A DNA stretch of 64,000 bases from Lama guanicoe (taxonomy: Eukaryota), in assembly GCA_013239625.1 (NCBI GenBank), contig MU054187.1:22816795-22880794 (forward strand), written 5' to 3'. Positions 11,353 through 24,545 of this stretch are shown piece by piece. Positions within the stretch are counted from its first letter, which is position 1; every line of letters starts with the position of its first letter. The notes beneath the pieces are model-generated. The model searched no databases and was not told the origin of the DNA. It saw nothing but the letters and a program-made list of their open reading frames with translations. The position numbers and the translations under genes are program-made.

Positions 11353-11884
11353 ACACACACACACACAGACACACACACAGACACACAGACACACAGACAC
11401 ACAGATACGCAGACACACACACAGACACACACAGACACACACACACAGACACACACACACAGACACACACACACACAGACACACACACACGCACAGACAC
11501 ACACAGACACACACAGACACACACACAGACACACACACACAGACACACAAACTGTCCGTGGATGGACGTCACACACACACACACAGAGACACACATACAC
11601 ACACACACAGACACAGACACACACACACATACAGACACACACACACACAGACACACAGACACGCAGACACACACAGACACACAGACACACACACACACAG
11701 ACACGCAGACACACACACAGACACACAGACACACACACACAGACACACACACACACAGACACACAGACACGCAGACACACACACAGACACACAGACACAC
11801 ACACACGCACAGACACACACAGACACACACAGACACACACACACAGACACACACAGACACACACAGACACACACACACATACAC
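11353..11884 (+). repeat. Long compound (CA)n/(CAGA) microsatellite, about 530 bp
   Basis: Read directly. It generates the spurious THTH/VCVC ORFs. Confidence 0.97.
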
Positions 11885-14248
11885 TAATGACCTGGAAGGA
11901 GGAAGAACTGTTCAAAGAAGATGTACGTGTTACCGAGGTCTTAGTTTGCATACTGTATGTATACATATACACGTATACGCACATATACATATATGCGCAT
12001 CTTCTTTGGAGCGTAGTTCCTTGTCCCAGGTCTTTCCTTTGGCCGAGGGTGGGAAGATGGAGGGGAGGCTGCTACTCTCTAGCGTTTCCCATGTGCCTCT
12101 ACCACAGGCTCAAACCCAGCTGTTAAATCTGCTCCTGTGCCCTCTCTGGGCACGTGTGAGCCCTTCTCACTGTCAGGCCCTACTGTTGTGCTGGCTGCTG
12201 CCCATATGAATGTGGTCTCAGTCAGCTGGCATCTGTCTGATGTTTCTTCTATCAGAGTAAGTACAGTAGATTGACGTATTATTCTGTTTGTTTTTCTTAA
12301 TCACAAATCAAAGACAAACTGAATAACATAGGATAAATGATATCACCTTGGATTCCTAAATTCTTGGATCTATGACTTTTCATCTCTAGCAGGCTACACA
12401 TTCCATGAGCGCAGGGGATTTGTTCTGTCTTACTGCTTTCGATCCCTAGACATTCAGCGTAGAGTTCAATGTTTTGAGCTGAAGTATATTCTGATGTTCA
12501 ATAGAAATAAATATCTACTTACTGCTTTAACAAGCATTGTGGGTTTTCTACTTGTGTTGACTGTGGGGATAGATATATATGTATAATGCAATTTAAAAAA
12601 GTTTATTTTCTAGATAGCTAATAATTTTTAAACATACTTTTTAAAACAAAAGAGTAGCTTCTGTTGGTTTGACATTTCAATTTTCTTCCTGGGCTGTATG
12701 CTTTAGAGATAAACTTAAATACGCTTTGAAGGCTTTTTGCTTCTTTGTCAAAGTACTCTGTGACTTGATCAGCCAGCTCTTATGCTCTAAAATTCAATTT
12801 ACTTAGTAAAAAACCGTAATATGGTTTAAAGGGAAATTTATGTTCTCCTAAGTTTTAAATAGAAAAAAAAATGAGTCTATGTCTTTACAACTGCTTTTTT
12901 CCTATCTGGCCAAGTACTTTTTTGTAACTTTATAGAAAACCTTTAAACATGTCTAAATGTGGAAATATAAAAGGCAAATACAGTTATGATGCAAATGCAT
13001 TTTTCCGTTTGTATAAAAATTCTGCTTGTTAAGCAATTAGATCTGTGACTGGGATATAGCAAAACCTCAATATTTACTAGCGATTAATATTACAAATATG
13101 TAGCCGCTTATACTCAAGGGCAGATGTAGTTATGTAGATTCTATATTTTTATATTTTCAGAGACTAAAACTCATAAACAGGTTTTGGCCCAAAGTTTATT
13201 TATAAGCTGACTATCTAGCATCCAGCATTTTCCCATAGACACAACACTGCAGAATTAGAGGACTGAAGAAGAGAAAGTTGACCTAGAAATCACCTAATGG
13301 GAACTCCTTAACTGACAGATGATTAAATGTGCCCAATTTTGCCAAAATGTATCTTCAAATTATATACTTTTATGATAAAACATTTAAATAGCATTGTTTA
13401 AATGATAGTAATGAATTTAAAAAATTGAGTAATTTTTTTCCTCATTGTTTCAGATTAAGGTAAAGTACATCAAATTATGAGTATTAGAGGTTGATACAGA
13501 CAGTTATGATGGCTTTCAGGAGGCTTCTGGACGAAGTTGAGATTTTTCAAGTCTATTGATAATGGCTAGCTCTTTGTTGTAATTATTTTTATTTCAAAAT
13601 ATATTATCTTTCTTTTTTCTTAATGAGGGTGTTTGGCTAGTTCTGCTGTCTTATCAGACATGGATTTCTTTTACAAAAAATTGAAGATATGAAGAAATAG
13701 GTGATTTTTATTTTAAGGAAAATAAAGTTTAGAAGATGAAGGGGAGACAAGAAGAGCTTTAAAAAGATGGCTTATGTACACATAAAAGAAATTAACCGAA
13801 CTGTGATCCCACCAGCATCACTTGGTCTGGAATAAAGTCGATTTTTATTTTGAACAGTTTCCATTGTTGGCTACCAGTTGGCACTGTCAATCCAGAACCG
13901 CTTTGTCTTCTGTGGTGGCAGAAAATGTGGGCAGAGACTGATGGAATCTTGCTTTTATTTGATAGTTGTGAACAAGTTGGAGGCTTGTGATTCAAGGTGT
14001 GCACATTAATGTTATTTTACCTGAAGTTCATGCTCCTGTATCGAGTTGTCTAGACCAGCATTCTCTGCCTGAGGCAGTGCCTCCCCTTGGGAAGGGGGCA
14101 TCAGGAAGCACACATTTGTAGGTTCATAGTGACTGGGAAGTAACACTTACACTAAGTGGGTGGGGGTTGGGACTTGTAAACAGTTAACACTGTGCAGTAA
14201 AGTCCTGTACACTGTTCCATCCAGAAAACCAATAGCCCTGTCTGCTAT

Positions 14249-14790
14249 TGTGATTTACAATAAGAAATAAATATTTGGTCTTGGTCCCCATTTGTGGCAG
14301 TGTTCCTAGAACCCTTGGAATTTTCTAAGTGATGAGAGTGTTAAAGATGCCTTTGTTATGTTAATGAGGTGCCTTTGGACCCCACCCAAGCATCCAAGTT
14401 TCCAGGAGGACCTACTGTGTGATTAAAGGGTTGAAACTTTCAATCCTACCTCTTGACCTCTGGGTCAGTGATTTAACCAGTCATGCTTATGTAATGAAGC
14501 CTCTGTCAAAACTCAGGACACGGTTCGAGGAGCTTCGGCGCTGGCGAACATGTGAGGGTGCTGAGACAGAGATGCTTGGAGGGGGATGGAAGCTCTGCGC
14601 CCATTCACACACATCTTACCCTACGAATCTCTTCTATCTAGATGTTCATCCGTAGCCTTTGTAATCCTTTTACATAATCCTTTGTGCCTTTTTATAATAA
14701 ACTGGTAAACATAAGTAAGTAACCTATTTTCCTGAATTCTCTGAGCCCCTCTAGCAAATCAAACCTGAGGAGGGGGTGATGGTAATCTAT
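14249..14790 (+). mobile_element. MER21-like LTR fragment
   Basis: tgtgatttacaataagaaataaatatttggtc...acccttggaattttctaagtgatgagagtg...ctctagcaaatcaaacctgaggagggg. Confidence 0.75.
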
Positions 14791-14904
14791 GTACACTTTG
14801 ATAGATTTTGATGCTATTTCTTTGATCCATTTAAGTTACCAGATTTTAATATCATTTTGTTGCTCAAGACTGTCCAATGACTTTTCACTGTATAGGAGAT
14901 AAAG

Positions 14905-15875
14905 TCAAATACACTTAGATATCAAGCAGGCACCTCAGACTTTACAAATCTAGAACAGAACTGTTGATTTTTTTGTTCTTTTTACTTATTAACCTCCTGC
15001 ACTCACATATTAATGAATATGTGCAACTGTACAAATTCCACTTGGCCAAGCCCCAAACCTTGGAGTCATCAGAGCCTGCTGCCTTCCTCTTTTGTACCTC
15101 ATATCTTACCTGAGAGAGATCCTGATAGCTCTACCTTCAAAATATATCCAGAACATAGTGATTGCTCACCACCGCTGCTAATAGCATCCTGGTCCAGAGC
15201 ACCAGTGTTCTCTCTCACCTAGATTATTGCAGTAGCCTCGTGACTGGTCTTCTTACTCCATTCCTGACCCCGTTACCCCTTACCCCCTTACCTCTCTGGT
15301 TGGCTTAGCAGTCAGAGGAATCTGGTTAAAATACATGCCAGAACATATCAGAACATCATTTGCTCAGAATCTTCTAATGGCTTTCATGTCACTCAAGGTG
15401 AAAGCTAAGTTCTTCACCGTGGTCTGCAAGGTCACACACGATCTCATCCCAGTGCATCTCTGACCACTGCCTCTATACAAGACCCTCTTGCTTATTTTGC
15501 TCCAGCCACGGTGGTCTCCACGTTCTGTCCCTAACACACCCAGTGTGCTCCTGCCTCAAGGCTTTCACACTTGTACTTTCTATCTGGAATGCTCTTTTTC
15601 CTCCTCTCCTTTCCCCTCCACTTCCCTTGGATCTCTGCATTTTGAGATCAGCCTATATGAAATAGATACTCTTAGCACTTCTTACCCCCTGGTGGTAGCT
15701 TGCATTTCTTAAAAGTATATCTGGCATGTAGTTACAAATTTAATCTGATTGTTTCCCCTCTCTAGATTGGAAACTTCATGAGGACAGGACTTGTTTTATC
15801 TGCTGATGTATCCCCAGTGATTAGAACGGTACCTGACACACTGTTGATGCAAATTAAATATTTGTTGAATAAATC
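14905..15875 (+). mobile_element. L2 (L2a-like) 3' region
   Basis: aaaccttggagtcatc, tctaccttcaaaatatatccaga, ending aatatttgttgaataaat. Confidence 0.85.
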
Positions 15876-16329
15876 TCCTCTGCCCGGCATTTAAAGTCCG
15901 CTACAATATGGAAATATCCATATATTCATGTTACTACTTGCTGACATCAATATTACTCCTGGGCAAATGTGCCCTAAAATCCCAACCTTTATTTATGCTT
16001 CTTTATCCTGATATGCTTGTTAATCTCTTCTATACCTACTTTAATTTTATTTATCCTTCAAGGTCTGGCTTGTCTCCCATCAAACTTCATAGGCTTTTTT
16101 TTCTCCTATACATCTGTTCCAACAAGTCTGTAGGCAGGGAGTCTGAAGGAGTGCGTTCCAGCCCTTGTACTGCCATTAAGGGCAATCGAGCTTCTTGGAA
16201 TATCAGTTAAACTCAGGGCTCAATCTGCTCATTTGCAAAAGGAAGGACATGAATTTGATTTGACACAAAAAAAACTTTTAGTCTTATTACTATATAAAGC
16301 TGAAGCTATATTTTTAAACACACTTTTAT

Positions 16330-17400
16330 CTTAGTGAATGGCAAAATTATCTACCCAGCTATCCAAGCCAGAAACTGGAAAATCATAGAATCTCCTCTTT
16401 CCTCTGTCTTAAATACACATTTGATAAGTCAATTGTAATCACATTACTTACAAGAGCTTTTACAATGGGATGGTTTCTACATCTCCAGACTTGTCTCCCA
16501 CTGACTCTTCCCCTCCTCCTATGACAGGACGTACAGTTTCTTGATTACACCTGCTCCATGTTACTGAGGGCCTCGTACTTTTGCTCATACTGTTTTTTTT
16601 TCTATCTGAAGTAACATTCTTCCATTTATCCCATCCCTCACCAGTAAATAGATGACCTAATTTTCATATTCAATCTGAAATCTCCTTCTCCAATAAGAGC
16701 TTTTTGATACTTCTTCCCCTGATACAATTCACTTCTCCATTTCTACCCTACTCTGCATTTTCTATTCAAGCACTTGATAATTTCTTATGTATTTGTTTAG
16801 TCTCTTTCTCTCCATTTTGACATAGGTAAGTCCTTGAAGGATGAATTCATTAGGTTAGAGTAACTGCCTATGTGATGTAACAATAAGATAAAAAAATACA
16901 TGCTTTCAATGAAAGGTTTTTCATCCTTACTCTGTAGTCTGAAGGTGGCAGTCTGGCTGTGTGTAGAATCTTACCCCATGAGATCATTCAGGGATGTGTG
17001 TCAGCCTCATCTTGGTGTTTTGATGTGGTGTTTGTCATTTCCTTCTCAATGCAGGTGAAGAGGGCCATTGCTACACGTGGGTTTCACTCCACAGAAAGGA
17101 AACACATGAAGCCAAGGAAAGCAATTTACTAAATGACAAAGGAGGCAGAATTTCTATAATCACTTCTTATATTCCGTTGGCAAGAACTTTCTCTTAGGCT
17201 GAATCCAGTTGAAAGTGGGGATGGGAAATACAGTCTTTAGCTGGGCAACCACGTATTTGGGAAGAAGTGGACAGTGAATTTTGGTGGGGTCAGCTACTAG
17301 TCTGCCAGCCTAAACAGAAATCCAATCTTGTTCATCCTTCTATTACTGGAGCCTAGAATACCCTGGAGCTCAATAAATGTTTTCAGTTAACAAGGGAATA
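16330..17400 (+). mobile_element. L2 fragment interrupted by an old MLT1-type LTR (about 16845-17308)
   Basis: L2 motifs on both sides (tail ctcaataaatgtttt). The internal MaLR-like segment includes gggatgggaaatacagtctttagctgggc. Confidence 0.55.
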
Positions 17401-17536
17401 AATATTTTGTGATTCTTTTTTCTATTTTTTACCTCCTTATTTCTCTGTGAAGCATTTGGGAATTTCTACTAATGTATTTTCAAGTTATTAATTCCTTATT
17501 CAGCTATCTCTAATCTTTAACCCATTCATTGAGGGG

Positions 17537-18014
17537 TTTTTTTTTGGGTTGTTTTATTATTGAAGTATAGTCAATTTACAATGTTGTGTCAATTTCTGGT
17601 GTACAGCATAATGTTTCAGTCATACATATAATGTTTCAGTTATACATATACATATATATTCCTTTTTATATTCTTTTTATTATAGGTTACTACAAGCTAT
17701 TGAATACAGTTCCCTATGCTACACAGTAGAAACCTGTTGTTTATCTATTTTATATATAGTAGTTAGTATCTGCAAATCTCGAACTCCCAGTTTATCCCTT
17801 CCCACTTGTCTTTCCCCCCAGTAACCGTAAGTTTGTTCTCTGTGTCTGTGAATCTGTTTCTGTTTTGTAAATAAGTTAATTAGTATCTTTTTTTTTTAAT
17901 TTCACATATAAGTAATATATGGTATTTTTCTTTCTGGCTTACTTCACTTAGAGTGATGATCTCCAGATCTATTTATGCTCCAGCAAATTACATTATTTTA
18001 TTCTTTTTTTACGG
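17537..18014 (-). mobile_element. 5'-truncated L1 3' end, camelid/artiodactyl type, with an internal 20-bp tandem duplication (17611-17650)
   Basis: ttattgaagtatagtcaatttacaatgttgtgtcaatttctggtgtacagc... The flanks share tgagg(g/a)gttttt, a probable TSD. Confidence 0.88.
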
Positions 18015-18199
18015 ATGAGGAGTTTTTAATTTTAGAAATTATAATTTTCATTTTGAAGAGTTCCACTGAGTTCTTTTTTTTCAAGTCTACCTGGTCATTC
18101 CCAATAGTCCTTCGCTGTTGATCATCATTGTGATTCATCTTTTATTTCTATAAATATTTTGTGCATATTTTAGATAGTTAGACAAGTGGGTAGTTAGGT

Positions 18200-19505
18200 A
18201 GTTAGAAAATTTATTTATTAATAGATATGTTTGGTGCCACCCTGAGATGTTCTCTATAATAAAGCACATGGTTTTTAAAAATTGTTGGTAAGTGTGTTTT
18301 CTAATCTGCAAAATGCTAATGCATAAGACATTTCATAATTCCTTAGTTTCCACTGAAAATTATGGCTTTCAAGGGTTAAAATTACATGAAATTTAAAAGA
18401 GGATAAAAGTTTTCTTAAAATATTAATTTGCTTTTGATAACAAATTGTGTGTGTCTGCCTTTAAGTGATTTATATCTGTTTTTAAAATCATTGTCACTTT
18501 GAATGCTTATTGTTTCTCAGTGAATTATGATTTTATTTGACCAAGTGTTTTAAAACTTTTTGATAAACTTCCCAAATATCAAATTGTAGAAAAGTTATTT
18601 TGACCCATCCTAACTTTGGGATGCTTCAGAGGGCCCCTGTAACATTCTAAAAAATAATATTTAACTAATTAGGTTCATTTGACATGTTAAATTACATGGG
18701 AAGTATTGTCAACTAAACAATAAATCTTCTTAGGTTATATTGTATGGGAAAGTGTTATTGATACAGATAATTAAAAATTATATAAAATTTCTAAAAATTT
18801 GGTATGTAAAAAATGTTACCAGTCATAATTCTGGTTATTGTAACCAGACTTTTTTTTTTAAATCAATTACAGTCTAACCAGGTATTTAACCACTCTTTAG
18901 TCTTTTATCATTCATAAACAGTTACAGTTTTACTCTCATGCCCTTGAAAAATGCTTTCACTTTAGAAAGGTTTATAAAAAAGGACTTTTGACAAGTACAG
19001 ATTTCTGGTAACTTTTAAATAATAGTGATGAACTGGGTAAAAAAAATGTTTAAATTCTGATGAAAACTCTGATTACATAAAACTGTTAGCAAAAATGATT
19101 AGTTACATGGGACCGAGGAAACTGATAAGTGGTTATAATTTTGGTTTTGTCTAAAATATTATTGGCTTTTAATCTGTGTTTTTCCAGAAGTGAAGAAACC
19201 CTTTTCAAGCTAATTATGCCTTACAGCAATTTGGTAAACTATACTTTTGTAAGCAAAATTAAAGGATTTATCTTTTCTCTCTATCTGATCCCTCCAGAGA
19301 CCTGAAAAATCTTAGGATCCCAATAGTTTTATAATTCACCTATATCTGTAAAACGTGGCCCTTCTGGCCTTGAGATACCTCTTTGGAGATTCAGTCTGTC
19401 TCCTTCTGAGAAATTCCAACACAGTGAATTAAAAACAAAAATAAAACCTATGTGAGCAATTAGTCTTGGTTTTGGCTATATTTGATAACCAATGTGCTGC
19501 TTTTG
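18200..19505 (+). mobile_element. Non-coding ERV1 (MER4-group-like) internal sequence
   Basis: AT-rich segment with motifs typical of MER4-group internals (taactttgggatgcttcagagggcccctg, ttacagcaatttggtaaactatacttttgt). Confidence 0.6.
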
Positions 19506-20044
19506 TAGGCAACAGCCACTGTTTCCCTCACTGTGCTCAGACACTTGAGTGCAAGCCCCCTTTGTCCCTCACAGCTGGTCACTGTCCCCAGCCTCTGCTC
19601 CCACCTGGTCCTGGAGCCATACCACACGTCAGGGAGGACCCGTGTGGACCCTCAGTGTGTGCTGGGAGGTGAGGGGCGGTGGAGCAGTCACTGCCAAAGA
19701 TCCCGGCTGCTGCCCACGTGACCCTGAGTAAATGGCTGCCTCTGCCTCCGGTGATGGGCAGGTTTTCCCCACTTGTGGCCTCCTCGGATCCAGTGCTGCA
19801 CTGTGACATGGAGTGAGCAGGCTGGCGTGCTCACTTGACTGGGGCTGGGGTGAATGCCAAGGCAGTCACAGGAAACAGCCACTAAAGCATAACGTGTTTG
19901 TTTCATATTTTTGTCATCTGCTTCTTAAGCTAAATAGTATGGAATTAGGTTGTATGTATTGAATTGAAAATCTTTCCCTTGGAAACTATTTTCTTATGAT
20001 GCTTATAATTTAATTTCTCTCCCCCTCCCCCCACTTTTTTTTAG

Positions 20045-20152
20045 CCAGAGGAACATCCTATCAGCGCACAACATGTTTATAAAGGAATATCCTAAAATAT
20101 TCCTAAAGAAAAAAACCAAACTACCTAAGCTTTTCAAAGAGGAGGGGAAAAG
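20045..20152 (+). CDS. CNBD1: CNBD1 coding exon 3 (108 nt): QRNILSAHNMFIKEYPKIFLKKKTKLPKLFKEEGKR
   Basis: Long pyrimidine tract with ttag acceptor and AAG/gtaatg donor. Matches recalled human NILSAHDTFMKQYPKVFLHQKPRLPKLFKQEEQR. Phase 2-2. Confidence 0.93.
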
Positions 20153-20574
20153 GTAATGTTACCTTCTTTTAAAGGCAAGGTTGACGCGTGTGTGTCTGTG
20201 TGTGTGCGTGGAAGAACAGTGCTTCTCAAATGTTGGAAGTGTCAGATCAGTCCCCAGTGCTCTGTGCTAGGGACCGTCCAAGGAAAAGGAGATTGGCAGG
20301 GAAGGTTGAATTCATATGCTCATTTTGGAAGAATTTTAAGTATGTGGTATGATAGCTGGGAAAAATAAATATGTGTAGCTCCCTGAGTTTTATATAAATA
20401 AACAACTAACGTTTTATAATAAACAAGGCATTTGATATAATTTAGTATTCATGTCTCACAGTAAAAGTAAAATCATGCAGGTTAAAACCTGTACTGTGCG
20501 CAGTACTGTGACTGTTAAAAAATCCCAAAGGTTGGGAGATTTAACACCTCAAAGTTTAAAACTGTGTGTGTTTA

Positions 20575-21310
20575 AAAAACCATACAATTAAAAGACAGAT
20601 CAGAGATGGGGAAAAATATCTGTAGCACATACAGTACAGAAAGTGTTAATTATCCATGACATATAAAGTGAATAAGAAAAACCCTCGAGCAAGGAATGTA
20701 AGTGACCAGTCAGCAGAAGAAGAGAAACAGATGGGGAAAAATCATGAAAAGGTAGGTTATCAAAGCCTTGAGATGCCTCTTCTCCATCCATCAGATGGGC
20801 AGTAATTAAAAATAATATTCAGTCTTGACAAAGGTTCAAGGTGGACACTGTATACTGTCAGTAGGAGTATAATTGATAAATTAGACAAATGAGCAAGACC
20901 ACTTCAAAATTTTAGCTATGTACCTCCTTTGACCCAGCATTTCCACTCCCAGGAATGCATCCCACAAATTGATTTGCTCTGTGCGCAAGGTTCATATAGA
21001 AAGCTTTCCAAGGCACCATTTTTTCTAGTGGTAAAAACTGGGACAAACTCAAATTTCTATCCATAAAGGAATGATTAAGTGGATGACTGTACATCTGTAC
21101 TATGTAGAAAAATTGTGTGTGTTCCTGTAGATTTATATGTATTGGCATAAGAAAAGGTCCAAGAAATAAGTGAAAAACAAACTGTAAAGCAATAGGTATA
21201 GAATGATCTCAGTTAAGACCAAAAACAAAAGCAGCTTTGTGTATTTGTGTATTATTTATGAAGGCATACAAAAGGACAGAAAGGATACACTCTAAACACT
21301 GATTTTTGCA
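20575..21310 (+). mobile_element. Ancient L1 (L1ME-like) 3' region
   Basis: ctttgacccagcatttccactcccaggaat and aaaactgggacaaactcaaat. Confidence 0.7.
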
Positions 21311-21649
21311 GAGAGCAGGAGGAATTTTCACTTTTCCTCTATGTACATCTGTTTTTTAAAAATTTTTTTAAATGAGCTTGAAATTGTGGGTTTTTTAAAA
21401 AAATTGAAGTTAAAATTTGTATATGCTTTTCAACCTTGTAATTTCACTTCCAAAAATATTTACTAAGGAAATAATCAGAGAGGCAGTCAAAGGTTATGCA
21501 TAGCATCACAATGTAGTATAGGATTATTTGTTATAGCAGCAATTCAAGTACTGTCCTGTGTTGAAATGGTTACATTATGGAATATTCATTTTCTATAGCT
21601 ACTTAAAGTCATGTGTTAAAGAATCTATATTGACTTGAGGAAATTCTTC

Positions 21650-21880
21650 CAAGAGCCGTTAACATTTAGGAAATGCTTGCTCTGTACCAGGGACCATGCT
21701 TTACATAAATTGTTTTATTTAATCTTCTGAATGGCCTTTTGCCATTCCCATTTTACAGATGGAGACATGGAGGTTGGCTTGGTGAGAGTAAATAATTTGC
21801 TTGAGGGTCAGACTCCCACCAAGTTGGTGGAACTGAAGCAAAAGGCTTTGCTGATACTCAGATGCTAGATTACTTCACTG
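21650..21880 (-). mobile_element. MIR SINE
   Basis: MIR core ttcccattttacagatggagacatggagg. Confidence 0.7.
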
Positions 21881-23477
21881 TGTTATCTTGAATATAAAAC
21901 CAGATCACATACATACGAATGTGTGGTGTGACTCATCAAAATGAATCTTTCTGTGTCTTAGTTTCTCATAGCTAAGGTTTGGGGAGTGGGTATGCAACTG
22001 ATATTCTGAAGATGACGATTTTATTTTAAAAACTGACATAATTTTTTCCCCAGATACAAAAGTATTTGGGAATACCTAAAAGTAGAGAGGGAAAATTACT
22101 GATAAATACAATATATGGAGAAAACTACAATTCCGCCCCCAGCCCCGGCCCTTTTTGCCTGGTGTGGGTGGGTCTGAACATCCCTGAGATACTTAATAGT
22201 TACTGCAAAAGGTTTCAGACGAGTTTTTGCCTCTTTTACTCCAACCATTAGTGCAATAGAGAGTTTGTCTCAAACTGCCCTTGACAGGATCACACGTTAT
22301 TTTTAATGATGGAATTTGATGACCAAAATTATTTCATTGGTTTGCTTTCCTGTTCTTTGTTGTTTTTAGTAAGTTGCACTGTTTTGTTTGTTTATTGGCC
22401 ATTTGAACTCTTGGGTGTATTGCCTGTTCATGTACTTAGGAAATACCTATTGATAATGTCTCCCCTAAGTTGACTGATAAATACATTAAGCAAGACTGTT
22501 AGAAAGCCCTTATAAGAGGATTTCACTCTGCCAGTTGGAATGCGTTTTTCTTACAGTGAATTAGTGGTTGGTGGTTTAAATCTGACTTCTTAACCACTTG
22601 GAATTTGACTTCAGAATTTTACTTTGAAATTTAAGGAATGAAGGGAAATGTATACAGGACCTCTCTTACACAAGTTTCTTAGAATCTACAATTGTTTCAA
22701 AATAGTTTTAAAAAATCAAGGAATAGTAAAAAAAGATTTCAAATGATTTATATTTTTTCTGCCAGCAAAAAGTCTGCTCTAGAGTAACAATAAAAATATC
22801 TTAAACTGAATTAAAACAGAAGTCCATAAATATATTAAGAAATTATAAATCTCTTCTAGGCTCAGCTCACACTGGTCTCTCATGTAAAAGTCGTGATAAA
22901 GTTGTATGCGCCCGGATGGTGGGCACAGAGCTCTGGTACCTTAGAAAAGCTTTTGGCAGAACAAAATAGATGAGGAAACATGAAGCTTAGCAGATACTAA
23001 ATGCCTGCACTATTAAAATAATTCTTCCACAGCCATTACGTCTTATCATTGTCATATTCAACACTCTATAATTCATTTAACTCAAGTGTCATGTGACAGA
23101 TACAATAGCAAGGCTTTGAAGTATGGCTGCTGCCTGGCTGTGGGCAGCTGGAGAAAATGCCTGATGCCAGAGCATTTGCTAAACACTGAAGAAAGACAGT
23201 CATGTGCAGGGAGAATGGACAAAATGCTTCACGCAACCATGAAATCCACTTGGCATGATGCCACACTAATGAGCATAAATGGAAGACCTGGCTGGGACAT
23301 AGGGAAACAATTCCACTCGAGCAAAAACTGAGTACATGACAAGAATGAGATCAAGGGCTGCTTAGAACTCTGATTATTATTTAAAATTTATTTTTTTGTG
23401 TGTGGATCATCCAGATAGAAAGTAAATTTTTGGTATTTTCACAGATACAGGAAATCAAATAGAAATATTGTTTTAAA

Positions 23478-23635
23478 AAGAGCACTGAATTTTGATCCGG
23501 AAGACTTGGGCGCGAGTCTCTGTTTCACCCAATCCAGCACCGCGGCTTGGAACAGTCTCTGAGCATTGACTGCCCTCAGTTTTCACTCAGAAAAAGAGGA
23601 TAATATCATTCTGCTTCAGAGTTACACATTGAAGG
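23478..23635 (+). mobile_element. MIR SINE
   Basis: aaagagcactgaattttgatccggaagacttgg...cctcagttttcactc. Confidence 0.6.
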
Positions 23636-24394
23636 AGATTTTAATTGTACTAGCTCTCACTGTCATTATGAACTATAGACGGCAATGTTGTTTTATGTAG
23701 ATTTATACCATATCTCAAGAAATTCGGCCTTATTTTAAAGCAGGTTAAACAACCACCACCCCCATAACAAATTAATAAAAAAAAAAACTGCATTACTTGC
23801 TTCAAAAAATTTTTTAAACCACACAATGTAGATTTTCAATCAATGCATTGTTGCATCAGTTTATTTCCAGAGGAGAAAGAAGTTTAAAGAAATTATAATA
23901 ACTGTGGGCATACATAACATACATCTACAGAATTGCAGAAACCTATGTTAAAGATACATCTATTAAGAATGTGATTTTGAGGGGGACAGGAATTCAAGTA
24001 TTCAGAAGGAAGCCTGTATTCTTGTTAATATCTTACTTTGCTTTTATAAAAATTCCTATTTGGTGTTACGGGTATTTCAGGGAGACATACTGAAGATAAT
24101 ATTTTGTATTATCTCATGATATCTTCCTTTAATAGTATGACCATTTCCCTTCCTGCACCCCATGTACCATCATGGTGTCAGAGAAAAAGGAAGGGTAATA
24201 CTGCTTTGAGAAGCAGTAGGATAAAAATGGGGGCATATGGGGAAAAGGAGTGATGGAGAGGAAGTTAGCTAAGCTTGAGGACTGTTGCTTTTCATCCACT
24301 CCCACCCTTGGTCTGAATCTCACCTTGAGGATATGAGGACTGCAGAAATGTCCAGAGAGCTGCTGAAGAAGCTGCATCCCCAAGGGCGGAGATG

Positions 24395-24545
24395 ACCAAC
24401 TTGGACTGCACGTTAGAGTCACCTGGAGAGCTTTTACGGGATACAGATGCCAGGTCTCTGTCCAACCCAGACTATGTAAATACAAGTCCATGACTTGGGG
24501 CCAATGCCTAAGTATTTAAAAAATATTCCTAGGTGATTCTTGAGA
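24395..24545. mobile_element. MER5A-like hAT-Charlie MITE
   Basis: ctgcacgttagagtcacctggagagctttt...cctaggtgattct. Confidence 0.7.

Noticed and set aside
11181..12209. Long ORFs of 196-306 aa (VCVC/THTH)
   Set aside because: Translations of the CA microsatellite.
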